Origin: an uncultured Chloroflexia bacterium
GTDB lineage: Bacteria; Chloroflexota; Anaerolineae; B4-G1; SLSP01
Assembly: GCA_963751345.1 (NCBI GenBank)
Contig: CAVVUS010000019.1
Span: 77,975 to 141,974, forward strand
Length of the DNA stretch: 64,000 nt
Direction of reading: 5' to 3'
Below the pieces are notes generated by a model. The model did no database searches. It saw only the letters and a program-made list of their open reading frames with translations, and was not told the origin of the DNA. The position numbers were made by a program, and so were the translations under genes. Positions 10,539 through 21,151 of the stretch are shown here, piece after piece (position 1 is the stretch's first letter; every line of letters begins with the position of its first letter).

Positions 10539-12786
10539 ATGATGGTAAGCGAGATGTGTTTCAAAGTTGGCCGTTGGATGCGGCCCGCGGCGAAGAGCAC
10601 TGTGGTGCTCATTCTCCTGCTGGTCCTCACACCACTGGCACAGGTCTCGGCACTGGCCGCAGCACCCGACATCGAGACACCAGCAGCGCAAGCCGCCGAT
10701 CCGCCGTATAGGGTGTTTGTGCCCCTTCTGCGGCGCGATCCGGTACCCTCTCTTTCCACACCCACACCAACTCCTTCACCTACACAGGCTCCAGGCGGGG
10801 CCGACTGGTCCTCAGTAGAGACTTGGGTTTATCAACTATCGGGTTACACGAATGACTCACTGGATGAGATTGCAGCAAGCGGCTTCGACATGGCCGTGAT
10901 CGATCTGGCTCGCGACGGTGGCAGCGACTACTGGTCGCGCAGCGAGATCAATGCACTCCGGGCAACCGGTACGATCGCATTGGCCTACTTCGAAGTTGGG
11001 GCCATCGAGAACTACCGGCCGGAGTGGGGGGATGTCCCGGCTGATATGAAGCTGGGGGCTGTCTCGGGATGGCCATCAGAGCAATATGTGGCCTACTGGG
11101 ACCCACGTTGGTGGCCGATCGTGCAAGGACGCGTCGACCAGGCGATTGCCGCGGGTTTCGATGGCGCCTACCTCGACATGATCGTGACCTATGAGGAGAT
11201 CCCCGCCGGTGCAGCCGGGACCAACCGCGCCGATCTGGCCCAGAAGATGGTGGATCTGATCGCGCGCCTTTCGACGTATGCCAAGGCGCAGGATCCGGAC
11301 TTCAAAGTTGTACCGCAGAACTCGCCCGAGCTGCGGAAGTACAATGGTTACCTGGATGCGATCGACGGGCTGGGCATGGAGGAGCTGTACTTCAAGGCTA
11401 CAGACCGCGCGTGCACGCAGGCCTGGTGCTACGAGAACCAGGACAACGCCGCCGCGGTGGCGGCTGCCGGCAAACCGGTCCTGACCATCGATTACGCTAA
11501 CGATCCGGCCAATATCGACAGCGCCTACGAGCAGTCGTTGGCGGCCGGTTTTGTGCCTTACGTGAGCGTCGTCAACCTCGATGTCGTGCGACTCAACTGC
11601 CCCTGGAGACCACACCCGGTTCATCCGCCGCACCCGGGCGACCCGAAGTCCACCCCGACCCCAACCGGTACACCTGACCCAACCGCTACACCCGTGCCAA
11701 CGTCGACGCCAACAAGCACGGCCACAGCCACCTTGACACCCACAAGTTCACCTACGGCATCGCCGACGCCGACGAGCCCGCCCACGGCGACGCCGCAGCC
11801 CACCAATACACCGACGCCGACGGCGACGCCCACGGCAACCCCGACACCTACGAGCACGCCTACGGCAACGCCGCAGCCGACCAATACACCTACGCCGACG
11901 GCGACGCCCACGGCGACCCCGACACCTACGAATACACCTACACCCACCCCAACCGCACCGGCGGGCGGGGGCAACTGGGGGTCGGTATCGGACTGGGTCT
12001 ATCAGCTGAGCGGGTACCAGAACGACAGCCTGAACCAGATCGCCGCAAGCAACTTCGATCTGGCGGTCGTGGATCTGGCACGTGACGGTGAAGCAGATTA
12101 CTTCACGCGAGCCGAGGTGCAGGCGGCACAGGCTACGGGCAAGATCATACTGGCCTACTTCGAAATCGGGGCCATCGAGAACTATCGCCCGGAGTGGGGG
12201 GACGTCCCGGCGGATATGAAGCTGGGCGCCGTGGACGGATGGCCGTCGGAGCAGTATGTGGCCTACTGGGATCCTCGCTGGTGGCCGATCGTGCAGGGCC
12301 GGGTTGACCAGGCCCTGGCAGCAGGCTTCGATGGCTGCTATCTGGACATGATCGTGACCTATGAGGAGATCCCCGCGGGCGCCGCAGGCACCAACCGTGC
12401 CGATCTGGCACAGAAGATGGTGGACCTGATCGCGCGCCTTTCGGCCTACGCCAAGGCAAAGGCCCCTGACTTCAAGGTGGTGCCACAGAACTCACCTGAG
12501 CTGCGGACGAATACGGGTTATATGAGCGCCATCGACGGTCTGGGTATGGAAGAGCTCTACTTCATGGCGACGGACAAAGCCTGCAGCCAGAGCTGGTGCA
12601 TCGAGAACCGAGACAACGCTGCTGCGATCGCAGCAGGCGGGGAAACTCGTGCTGTCGATTGACTACGCCAACAATCAGGCGAACATCAGCAGCGCCTACA
12701 CCCAATCGCGTGCTGCGGGGTTTGTGCCCTACGTGAGCGTGGTGGCCTTGGACGTGATGCGCATCAACCCGGGGTTCGAGCCCTGA
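10539..12786 (+). CDS. Secreted protein with two GH114-like domains joined by a long Pro/Thr linker; frameshift near 12645
   Basis: Signal peptide, VFVPLLRR motif, two copies of WVYQL...AYFE(V/I)GAIENYR...GFDG.YLD...VPQN; the alternative frame ends RINPGFEP* at 12786. Confidence 0.85.
11650..11960 (+). repeat. Coding Pro/Thr (PT) low-complexity linker with internal duplications
   Basis: Repeated [23 protein letters not shown] units. Confidence 0.85.
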
Positions 12787-12857
12787 TCTCTGTCGTTGAG
12801 AATCACTGAGCCGACCGGGTCGGGAGCACTCCCGTACGTCGCTTCCGGCCCGGCCGT

Positions 12858-12884
12858 GAGATGGCACCCATCGGGTGCCATCTC
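12858..12884 (+). terminator. Perfect hairpin, probable terminator
   Basis: GAGATGGCACCC-ATC-GGGTGCCATCTC followed by TTGCTT. Confidence 0.55.
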
Positions 12885-12894
12885 TTGCTTATAG

Positions 12895-13998
12895 TTGCAT
12901 TCTAATTATAATGGCGTAATGGGTTTGCGAATGATGACCACAAGAACCACGTTCCTCGTCGGGAGCCGCCTGCGTGCACTTGGTGCAGTCCTGGTTCTGG
13001 CGGGAGTCACGCTCGCGCCGGTTCCCTTTGCCAGGTCGTCCGATCTGGGTGGGTCTACCTCTGGTCCGCTACCTGCCGCGCTTGCCGCCGCCGCGGAGGG
13101 GACGCGCGTCTACTTGCCGCTGGTTCAAGGTCAGATGCCCCCCGCGGTTTCTCCGCCGACACCGGTCCCGCCGTCCGACGATGGGAGCTGGAATGGCGTC
13201 GCGAACTGGGTCTACCAACTGAGTGGTTATCCCAATGGTTGCCTTGACCAGATCGCCGGTTCGGGCTTCGATCTGGCGGTGGTCGACCTCGCCCGCGACG
13301 GGAGCGATGACTACTTCACACGCGCCGAGGTCGGGGCTGCCCAGGCGACGGGCAAGGTGATGCTGGCCTATTTCGAGATCGGCGCCATCGAGGACTATCG
13401 TCCCGAGTGGGGTGACGTTCCGGCGGATATGAAACTCGGCGCTGTGGACGGGTGGCCCTCCGAGCAGTACGTGGCCTACTGGGATCCGCGCTGGTGGCCG
13501 ATCGTGCAGGGCAGGGTCGACCAGGCGCTTGCGGCGGGCTTCGACGGCTGCTATCTGGACATGATCGTGACCTACGAGGAGATCCCGGCCGGCGCCGCAG
13601 GCACCAATCGGGCGGATCTGGCTCGAAAGATGGTCGACCTGATCGCGCGTCTCTCGGCTTACGCCAAGGCGCGGGATCCGGGCTTTAGGGTAGTCCCACA
13701 GAACTCACCGGAGTTACGTGAGGTCTCAGGCTATCTGGACGCGGTCGACGGGCTGGGCATCGAGGAGCTCTACTTCCTGGCCACGGACAAGGCGTGCACC
13801 CAGACCTGGTGCTACGAGAACCGGGATCACGCTGCGGCGATTGGGGCCGCGGGGAAGCTCGTCCTGACCATCGACTACGCCAACCAGCAGGCCAACATCG
13901 ATAGCGCCTACAAGCAGTCGTCGGCCGCGGGTTTTGTGCCCTACGTGAGCGTCCGGAACCTCGACGTCGCGCGACTCAACGTCGGATGGGAGCCGTAA
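12895..13998 (+). CDS. Secreted single-domain GH114-like polygalactosaminidase (start may be ~12931)
   Basis: Signal peptide, VYLPLVQG motif, domain closely similar to the two upstream; TATAAT at 12907-12912. Confidence 0.85.
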   Translation: MHSNYNGVMGLRMMTTRTTFLVGSRLRALGAVLVLAGVTLAPVPFARSSDLGGSTSGPLPAALAAAAEGTRVYLPLVQGQMPPAVSPPTPVPPSDDGSWNGVANWVYQLSGYPNGCLDQIAGSGFDLAVVDLARDGSDDYFTRAEVGAAQATGKVMLAYFEIGAIEDYRPEWGDVPADMKLGAVDGWPSEQYVAYWDPRWWPIVQGRVDQALAAGFDGCYLDMIVTYEEIPAGAAGTNRADLARKMVDLIARLSAYAKARDPGFRVVPQNSPELREVSGYLDAVDGLGIEELYFLATDKACTQTWCYENRDHAAAIGAAGKLVLTIDYANQQANIDSAYKQSSAAGFVPYVSVRNLDVARLNVGWEP

Positions 13999-14022
13999 AG
14001 ACGATTCGGTAGCTCTATCTGT

Positions 14023-14198
14023 AACCTTTCGAAGGTGGCCCGAGGATCGGCGCTGATGCCGCCGACCCTCGGGCTTGACCTATCGCGAGGTCGGTTGAAT
14101 GATAACCTTGCGAAGGTCGTGTCGCGCCTTCTCTTGTGGGCGCCGGCGGTTACGCAATCATCGTCGATGCGAGGCCCGGTCGCAACCTTGGCAAGGTT
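14023..14198. repeat. REP-like palindromes, family ACCTT-N3-AAGGT
   Basis: AACCTTTCGAAGGT (14023), AACCTTGCGAAGGT (14104), AACCTTGGCAAGGTT (14184); also at ~34756-34785, 60046-60060 and 60127-60141. Confidence 0.65.
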
Positions 14199-14221
14199 TG
14201 CAGCTCCCTTAGGAGGCGACG

Positions 14222-16174
14222 ATGCGACGTCGGTGGTTATTTGGCATCCTGATTCTGTTGGCGCTGGCGGTGCGCCCGACGTACGCCGCGCCCGCTCCAC
14301 CGGAGGACTTCGGCGGCGGGCCGATCGAGCCCCCGCGGTCCGAGATTTCCGACGCGGAATGGGCCTCGATTCAGCACGACGTCGATGCGGCCATCGCGCA
14401 GCTCGAGGCCGACGGTCGCCTCTCCGCGGCGAGTGGGGAGGCCGTCTCCTTCGGCTGGCCGCTGCGCGCGGCCAACGGGCTCACCGACTACGGCTACCAC
14501 GGCGTCTCGGGCTTCGTCGATCACAACCCGGCGACGGGCGCGTGGCTCGACTACACCTGCGGCAATAGATCCTACGATCTGAGCAGCGGCTACGATCACC
14601 AGGGCACCGACTTCTTCACGTATCCCTATCCCTGGTACAAGGTGGAGCACTCCGAGGTCGAGATCGTGGCCGCAGCAGCGGGCACCCTGGTCTCCCGACA
14701 CGATGGGGAGTATGACCGGCAGTGCGCGATGACCGGCGTCACCGCCAACTCCGTCGTGATCCGCCACGCCGATGGGACGCTGGCCTACTATCTGCACATG
14801 AAGAAGGGGTCCGTTACGCCCAAGGGTGTCGGGGCATCCATCGCGGCGGGGGAGTACCTCGGCGTCGTCGCGAGCTCCGGCAGCTCGACGGGGCCCCACC
14901 TTCACTTCGAGGTGCGGTCGGCGACCAATCAGGTGCTCGACCCCTTCCACGGTGCCTGCAACGCGCCGGCGTCCATGTGGGCAGACCAACCTCCCTATTA
15001 CGATTCGGCGGTGATCGCGGTTCACACCGGTGATGCGCCACCCTACCGGCCCACGTGCCCCGGCGTCGAGACGACGCACATCGAGGACCATTTCGCGCCC
15101 GACGACACGGTCTATTTCGTGACCACCTATCGCGACCAGCTTGCCGGACAGCAGAGCACCTACCGGGTTATCCGGCCTGACGGCTCCACGTACCAGACCC
15201 GGACCTATACCGCCACCTACCCGCACTACACCGCCTCGTACTGGTACTGGTCGACGGGCCTTGATCTGTACGGGACGCCGCCCCTGGGCACGTGGCGCTT
15301 CGAGGTCGACTTCGAGGGCCGGACCTACGAGAACGAGTTCCACGTCGGCGTGCCGACGGCGATCACCGTGACCTATCTTAACGGCGGGGAGGCCTGGCCT
15401 ACGCGCGGCGTACTCCCTATCACCTGGGACGACACGGTGCCCGGCAATGTCGGGATCGATCTCTACGCCGGCGGGGCGCTCACCCGGCCGATCACCACGT
15501 CCACGCCCAGCGACGGCGTCGTCTTCTGGGGGATTCCTGCAGATCTGGCGCCAAGGACCGACTACCAGGTGCGGATCACGGAGCTGGCCAACCCCGCCGT
15601 CTTTGACGAGAGCGACGCCGCCTTCACGATCGCGCCCGTGCCGGTGGCGGACTTCGTCGCGGCGCCGGTCACGGGGATTGCGCCGCTGACGGTGAGCTTC
15701 ACCGACACTTCCAGCTCGCTCGTGGATGCGTGGCGGTGGGGGTTCGGCGACGGGATCACGGCGACCCTGCAGTACCCAACGCACGTCTACACTACCACCG
15801 GCGTCTATACGGTTACCCTGTCGGCAACCGGCCCGACGGGTACCGGCGTGATCACCCGCACGGATGCCATCACGGTCACGCCGCCGCCGCTTGCCGCGGA
15901 CTTCACGGGCTACCCGATCCTGGGCACGCCACCGTTGACGGTCACCTTTACCGACCGCTCGGTTGGCCCGCCGGTTGGGGCGTGGGCGTGGGCCTTTGGC
16001 GACGGCATCACCAGCACGCTGCAGCATCCTGTGCACGCCTACACGCAGACCGGCGTCTACACCGTCACGCTGGGCGTCATCGCGGCGGATGACGATGATC
16101 TCGTCGCGCGCCCGGCCTACGTCCACGTCGTTGACCAGGTGTGGGGGGTGTACTTGCCGCTGGCCTTGCGGTAG
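14222..16174 (+). CDS. Secreted M23 metallopeptidase with Ig-like domain and two PKD domains
   Basis: Signal peptide; HQGTDF and STGPHLHFEV (M23); two PLTV.FTD.S...W.FGDG...H.Y PKD repeats; C-terminal VYLPLALR. Confidence 0.88.
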   Translation: MRRRWLFGILILLALAVRPTYAAPAPPEDFGGGPIEPPRSEISDAEWASIQHDVDAAIAQLEADGRLSAASGEAVSFGWPLRAANGLTDYGYHGVSGFVDHNPATGAWLDYTCGNRSYDLSSGYDHQGTDFFTYPYPWYKVEHSEVEIVAAAAGTLVSRHDGEYDRQCAMTGVTANSVVIRHADGTLAYYLHMKKGSVTPKGVGASIAAGEYLGVVASSGSSTGPHLHFEVRSATNQVLDPFHGACNAPASMWADQPPYYDSAVIAVHTGDAPPYRPTCPGVETTHIEDHFAPDDTVYFVTTYRDQLAGQQSTYRVIRPDGSTYQTRTYTATYPHYTASYWYWSTGLDLYGTPPLGTWRFEVDFEGRTYENEFHVGVPTAITVTYLNGGEAWPTRGVLPITWDDTVPGNVGIDLYAGGALTRPITTSTPSDGVVFWGIPADLAPRTDYQVRITELANPAVFDESDAAFTIAPVPVADFVAAPVTGIAPLTVSFTDTSSSLVDAWRWGFGDGITATLQYPTHVYTTTGVYTVTLSATGPTGTGVITRTDAITVTPPPLAADFTGYPILGTPPLTVTFTDRSVGPPVGAWAWAFGDGITSTLQHPVHAYTQTGVYTVTLGVIAADDDDLVARPAYVHVVDQVWGVYLPLALR

Positions 16175-16201
16175 TCGTCTCCTCCTCTACCTGCGAGGCC
16201 G

Positions 16202-16236
16202 AGATGGGTCCAATCTTCCGAAGATAGGACCCATCT
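16202..16236. repeat. REP-like hairpin family GATGGGTCCAATC...GATTGGACCCATC
   Basis: Near-identical copies at 16202-16236, 23334-23365 and 57842-57875, each just after a stop codon. Confidence 0.75.
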
Positions 16237-16240
16237 ATTC

Positions 16241-17375
16241 TTACGGTAGCGCCCACCTCGTCCAAAGCAGACTGCACGGCTCGCCTTCGCGCACCTTCTG
16301 ATAGTAGACGGTGAAGAGTGAGCCGCCGGGCAGCTCGACGCTGGCAGGATAGCCGAGGTCGCCGTCGGGGCCGTCGTCGCGCAGCACGTAGCCTGCCTCC
16401 CAGCTTTCGCCCTCGTCATAGCTGACCATCGCGCGTTGCCCGAAGGGGGCCAGCCGGTAGCCGTAGACGGCGACGAGCGCGCCGCCGGAGTGGCGGATGA
16501 CGTGCGGCGGAGAGCCGTGGAAGCCCAGCGGCTGCGCCGTGGTCCACGTGCGCCCGCCGTCGCCGGACGTGGTCTGCATCATCGAGAAGTCGGGGATCCC
16601 GGCGTCCGCCAGCAGAGGCGCGGTGCCGTGGTTCTGGATGCGGATGAGGCCCAGGAGCCGGTCGTGCCCAAGGGCGACGACGTGGGGCTCGTGGTAGTGC
16701 TCGGCGACCGTGTGCAGGGCCAACGGCACCGTGCCCAGCTCGTGCCACGTGAGGCCACGGTCCTCGCTGCGCCACGCCTGGATGGCCTCGCCGCGCCCGT
16801 GCGTGAAGACCTTGCCGAGGTAGAGCAGCGCGTGCCCGTCGGGGAGCAGGATAGGACCGTGCGGGGCGGTGACAGGGACGTGGCGTGGGGGACCCCAGGT
16901 GTCGCCTCCATCGTCGCTGACGCGCGTCCACGATCCGAGCCAGCGGTCGACGGCAGCGTCCGTAAGGCGCCGGAAGCCATCCTCATAGCGGCGGACCGCC
17001 GCGGGATCCGCCAGGCTGTGATAGCTCTTCGCGACGTCGTAGCGGCGGGTGTCGGACGTGAACCACGTGACGAGCAGCGCCCCGCCACCGAGGCTGACGA
17101 TGCCGGCGTCGCGGTCGTCGATGGGCAGGTCGTTGATGACCGTGGGTGTTGTCCACGTGTGGCCCTCGTCGCGGCTGCGCAGGAGCAGCGTGCGCCCGAA
17201 GGGGTCCACATGGGTGTGGCGGAAGCCCCGAGGCCACGACCAGCAGGGCGCCGTCGTCGGTGCGCGCGACGCTGGGCCACCCGAAGTATCCGAAGAACTC
17301 GCCGGGCAGCGTGCAGACGACGCCGTGTTCCGCCGTGACGGGCCGCGGCGCGTGGTTCACGACCGGTGCGGACAT
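16241..17375 (-). CDS. Sialidase-family (BNR/Asp-box) glycoside hydrolase; frameshift near 17220
   Basis: AAGGAGG RBS; YFGWPSVAR; repeated SxDxGxTW Asp-boxes; C-terminal DLGYPASVEL. Confidence 0.85.
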
Positions 17376-17552
17376 AGGAGCCTCCTTAGGATGACGATGG
17401 TGGTCAGTCTGTGCCAATTCGATGGGACGTGCATCAGGTATCCGGAGTGCGGTGGCCTACAGCGCACGAAGGCGTGGGCACTGGGGCGGAAGTGTCGTGA
17501 CATACCCCCACCGTTCAGAGCGGCACGTGGGGCATCCTGATCGCAGGTCGGG

Positions 17553-18884
17553 TCATTCGGCGGCGTCACCCGCGGCCTGTAACTCCACGTCAGGCCGGTT
17601 GATCCCCGGTCCCTTCAGCAGGTACCATGGACGGTGCATATCCAGTACCTGGGGCCGGATCCCTTTGACGAGACCGATCACGACGAGCATCGCCAGGCCA
17701 CCGGCGAACCCATTGTTGTAGAGGTTAATGAAGCCGTGCAGGCTGCCCACGTGCATCACCATCGGGAGGTGCACCGCTCCGACGACCAACCCGGCGAAGA
17801 AGCCGAACTGGCCGGCGATCGGCGCGAGCGTGGTGCAAAAGAGGGCTGCCAGCAGCGGGCCCGGCTCAGCGTGGGTCCAGACCTTGGGAATGCACATCAA
17901 GTACACGCCCAGCATGATTGGGAAGATATTGCGCAGGTGCTTGCCCAGCGCACCAAAGGCGACGATGGTCAGCACGCCTGCCAGCGTCGCCCCGTTGACG
18001 TCGCCGCCGACGATCAGGATGTAGGCGAGACCCAGAAGCCCCACGAGGCCCATGTTGACCAGTGTGGTCGGCAGGCCGGCGATCTCGACAAAGTCCGTGG
18101 AGAGCTTGCCCGTCTCGTCGCTGATCTTCCGGTACGAGGACCAGTTGGCGCCCCAGATGAAACCCAACGCGATGAGTATAAGGCAGACCGCGAGGGCCAG
18201 GGCCGCCAGGAACTCGGTGTACTGGGTTGACCAGTAGAAGGCCGGCGTGATCTCGAGGCCGAAACCCCGCATCATCATATAGGCTACCATCCCCACAAAC
18301 CCACCGGTCGTCCCGGTGTTGTAGAGGTTGTATCCGAGATGCATACTGTAAATGTGTCCCATCAGCGCGGCCAGCAGGAAACCACCGAGAAGCCCCACGG
18401 CAACGGCACCGATCAGGCCGGCGAGCCCGAAGTCAAAGCCGAAGGCCATCTGTCCGACCAACGGCCCCAGCGTGGTCCCGAACAGATAGGGGGCCAGCAA
18501 GTCCGCCTGTTCACGTCCCGCCACAACCCCGTAGAGATAGATGCCCCCGAATATGGGGAGGGTGTTCAGGGGATTCTTACCGAAGAATGCGAACCCCATC
18601 ATCGTGAAGGCGCCGGCGAGGAGGTAGCCCGTGAACTTAGCACCAATGGCCCAAGGAATGGCCAGCGCGATCAACGTGACCAAGCCGGCGTTCACCAAGG
18701 CGGCCCCGAGGTTCGCGAGCGCTACATAGTCCGTGATCAGGATGCCGGGTGAGGTGAAGATCGTGCCCAGCCCCGCAATGACATCGCGCGGCGGTGTCAC
18801 GAGGAATCCAAGCGTGATGAGGCCGCAGCTGAAACCCAAGAGCAGCATGGTGATGCGACGCCGGTTCTGAGCAGCCGGATCCAT
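17553..18884 (-). CDS. DUF1576-family multi-pass membrane protein
   Basis: Gly-rich TM protein with duplicated GYNLYNTG / GFINLYNNGFAGG motifs, GFAFFGKN, AFGALGKH. Confidence 0.75.
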   Translation of the reverse strand: MDPAAQNRRRITMLLLGFSCGLITLGFLVTPPRDVIAGLGTIFTSPGILITDYVALANLGAALVNAGLVTLIALAIPWAIGAKFTGYLLAGAFTMMGFAFFGKNPLNTLPIFGGIYLYGVVAGREQADLLAPYLFGTTLGPLVGQMAFGFDFGLAGLIGAVAVGLLGGFLLAALMGHIYSMHLGYNLYNTGTTGGFVGMVAYMMMRGFGLEITPAFYWSTQYTEFLAALALAVCLILIALGFIWGANWSSYRKISDETGKLSTDFVEIAGLPTTLVNMGLVGLLGLAYILIVGGDVNGATLAGVLTIVAFGALGKHLRNIFPIMLGVYLMCIPKVWTHAEPGPLLAALFCTTLAPIAGQFGFFAGLVVGAVHLPMVMHVGSLHGFINLYNNGFAGGLAMLVVIGLVKGIRPQVLDMHRPWYLLKGPGINRPDVELQAAGDAAE

Positions 18885-19161
18885 ATGTCCCCCTTCTTTG
18901 GTGGCACGCAGGCCAGGAGAGCACGACATTCCAGACCCTATGCAGCCCCAGGCCCACTTGCGGGTCACGGTTGCCCCGAGAATCTACGGAGCGGTTGTCA
19001 AGCAACGCAGCAGACACCGTGGCTGAGATCATAGCCGACTCGAGCGATTTGGCAAAGGTCATGTCCGAGCCTTCAGAGGCGGGCGGGTTGACGGTCGACG
19101 ACTCCGGGCGTATGCTCGGTGCTATCGACTGACGATGCAAGGAGATCAGGAGGCGGTTCCG

Positions 19162-19465
19162 ATGGATCACGTCGATGCAGTGCTGCGACCCTACCGCGAG
19201 GGCGACCTACCGCGGCTGCAGGATATCGCCGTGGCGGCCTGGGAGCCCGTGTTTGCGTCCTTTCGCTCTAAACCGCCGTCCTCGACGAAATGCGCGTCGC
19301 GGGGTTGCGTTGCGTCCAGGTGAGTACCGGCGGCGACGATTCGCACGCCCCGCCCGCCGAGCCTACGAGAAGGCCGGCTTCCGTCCGGGCGTGCCGAGCC
19401 TGACGCTTTACCGGGAGCTGACGAACAACGATCCTGCACCCACGCCGGGGCAGGTCGACGATTGA
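19162..19465 (+). pseudogene. GNAT acetyltransferase remnant (internally deleted, frameshifted)
   Basis: LRPYREGDLPRLQDIAVAAWEPVFASFR start and PARRAYEKAGF end, but only ~100 codons across mixed frames. Confidence 0.5.
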
Positions 19466-19555
19466 GCGCGATATGCCAACGTGAAAACGTCGCAACGTAC
19501 GGGCGTGTAACCAACAACCTATGACCGTGAGCTGAAGACTGGAGTGAGGTGAGCC

Positions 19556-20254
19556 ATGCAAATCATCCCTGACGTGTTTCAAGTCAACGGTGCCGTCTAC
19601 GGGCAGCACCAGAACGGCTACGTCGTCCGGCTGGGCGACACCTACGTGATGGTCGACTCGGGCGACCTGGAGCACCCCACGCTGGACCTCGTGCTGGCCA
19701 ACTGTGCCAGGTGGGGCATCGGTGTGGAGGATCTCTCCTATCTCCTCGTCACCCACGCCCACTTCGACCACGCCAGCCACGCGGCGGCGCTCCAGCGCCA
19801 GGGCGTCAAGATCGTGTCAAATGCCGCGGGCGCCGAGGCTATGGCTGCAGGCGACGATCGCTGCGTGGGGTACGCGGTGAACGGCGTCTTCGATCCCTGC
19901 GAGGTCGACCTGGTGGTCGCCGACGGCGAGGAGCTGATCATCGGGGGGAGGAAGGTCCGCTGTTTGGAGGCCCCCGGCCACGCGTCGAGCTGCGTCGTCT
20001 ACGAGATCGAGCTGCGTGGCGAGTGGCTCTGGTTTGTGGGCGACGTGATCCTCACCGGGCCCGAGGGCGAGTCGGTGGCGTTGGGCTGGCAGGGCGGTCC
20101 GGACTATGACCGCGCGACGTACGTCGAGAGCCTGCGCCGCCTCGCGCACCTAGCGTGTGACCATCTCTTCCCCGGGCATGGGCCCGCCTCCATCGGCGAC
20201 GGTAAACGCCTCGTCTCGATGGCTTACACGGAGGCGATGCTGACGCTGAGGTAG
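19556..20254 (+). CDS. MBL-fold metallo-hydrolase
   Basis: VTHAHFDH, APGH, FVGD, FPGHG motifs. Confidence 0.9.
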   Translation: MQIIPDVFQVNGAVYGQHQNGYVVRLGDTYVMVDSGDLEHPTLDLVLANCARWGIGVEDLSYLLVTHAHFDHASHAAALQRQGVKIVSNAAGAEAMAAGDDRCVGYAVNGVFDPCEVDLVVADGEELIIGGRKVRCLEAPGHASSCVVYEIELRGEWLWFVGDVILTGPEGESVALGWQGGPDYDRATYVESLRRLAHLACDHLFPGHGPASIGDGKRLVSMAYTEAMLTLR

Positions 20255-20309
20255 ACCGCTCGCCCGTGAGGGCCTGTGGTCTATCGTGCATCAAAGATAG
20301 GTCATCACT

Positions 20310-20792
20310 ATGAGGATTTCAACAGATAGACGTCGCAACCTCGGCGTGATCGCGGGTGCGGTGATCCTGCTGGTGGCGCTCGTGGTGCCGGCGGTGCTGC
20401 CCTGGCTCACGGACGGCCTCGCCGAGATCCCGGACTTCTACGTCACGTCGGTGCCCGAGGACGTGCGCGGCGCCTACGCGATCACGGACCGTGGCGTGAT
20501 GCAGCTCTTCGGATGGACCATGATCATGCAAAGCGCGCCGGATGAAGCTCCTACGTTCGCCGTCGATGAGCTTCAGGGCCTCGCGGTGGTCATTGCGAAC
20601 GTGGGCACGGCGGACGCCTACCCTCTCATCAGCCTGGCCACAGGCGAGCGCATCGCCTGGCAGAGCGCCGTCCAGGACGGGCAGCGTCTGATGCTGGACC
20701 CGGGCCCGCTTGCCGCGGGCGATTACCTGCTCGAGGTGTCGACCGGCAGCCTGTTCGGTGCCGCAACCTATCACTATTTCCACCTGCGCTGA
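20310..20792 (+). CDS. Hypothetical protein with N-terminal membrane anchor
   Basis: 160-aa ORF with RRR followed by a hydrophobic segment; host-like codon usage. Confidence 0.65.
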   Translation: MRISTDRRRNLGVIAGAVILLVALVVPAVLPWLTDGLAEIPDFYVTSVPEDVRGAYAITDRGVMQLFGWTMIMQSAPDEAPTFAVDELQGLAVVIANVGTADAYPLISLATGERIAWQSAVQDGQRLMLDPGPLAAGDYLLEVSTGSLFGAATYHYFHLR

Positions 20793-20805
20793 TCGCGCTC
20801 GGGCG

Positions 20806-21068
20806 CCGGGGCTGCTCGCTACGTCCGGGCGGCGGATCACAGATCCGCCTGGAACGAAGCCTGAGCCGGGGCTGTTTGCTTCGTCCGTCAGGCGGATCAC
20901 AGATCCGCCTGGAACGAGACCTGAGGCGGAACGAAGGCTGAGCCGGGGCTGCTCGCTACGTCTGGGCGGCGGATCACAGATCCGCCTGGAACGAGACTGA
21001 GCGGAACGAGATCTGAGGGGAACGAAGGCTGAGCCGGAACTAGAGCTGAGCCGGAACGAAGGCTGAGC
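20806..21068. repeat. REP-like cluster, three GGCGGATCACAGATCCGCC palindromes plus GAGCCGGAACG repeats
   Basis: Palindromes at 20831-20849, 20891-20909 and 20968-20986. Confidence 0.75.
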
Positions 21069-21128
21069 GGTGACCTCAATCACCTTGCCATTTGCCGATT
21101 CCGGCGTCTGCGTTACAGTTGAGGCATA

Positions 21129-21138
21129 TTGTCGACAA
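21129..21138. promoter_or_regulatory. Palindromic candidate operator TTGTCGACAA upstream of the glycyl radical enzyme
   Basis: Perfect 10-bp palindrome between a TACAGT -10-like hexamer and the RBS; regulator unknown. Confidence 0.35.
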
Positions 21139-21151
21139 GTGAGGGACAAGC

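Noticed and set aside
11621-11974. Val/Gly-repeat minus-strand ORF
   Set aside because: It is the reverse complement of the PT linker.
14237-16126. Long antisense ORFs (also 8436-9830, 22052-23344, 41023-43047, 52869-54371, 62140-63456)
   Set aside because: These are shadow frames of real genes, expected at high GC, with no recognisable motifs.
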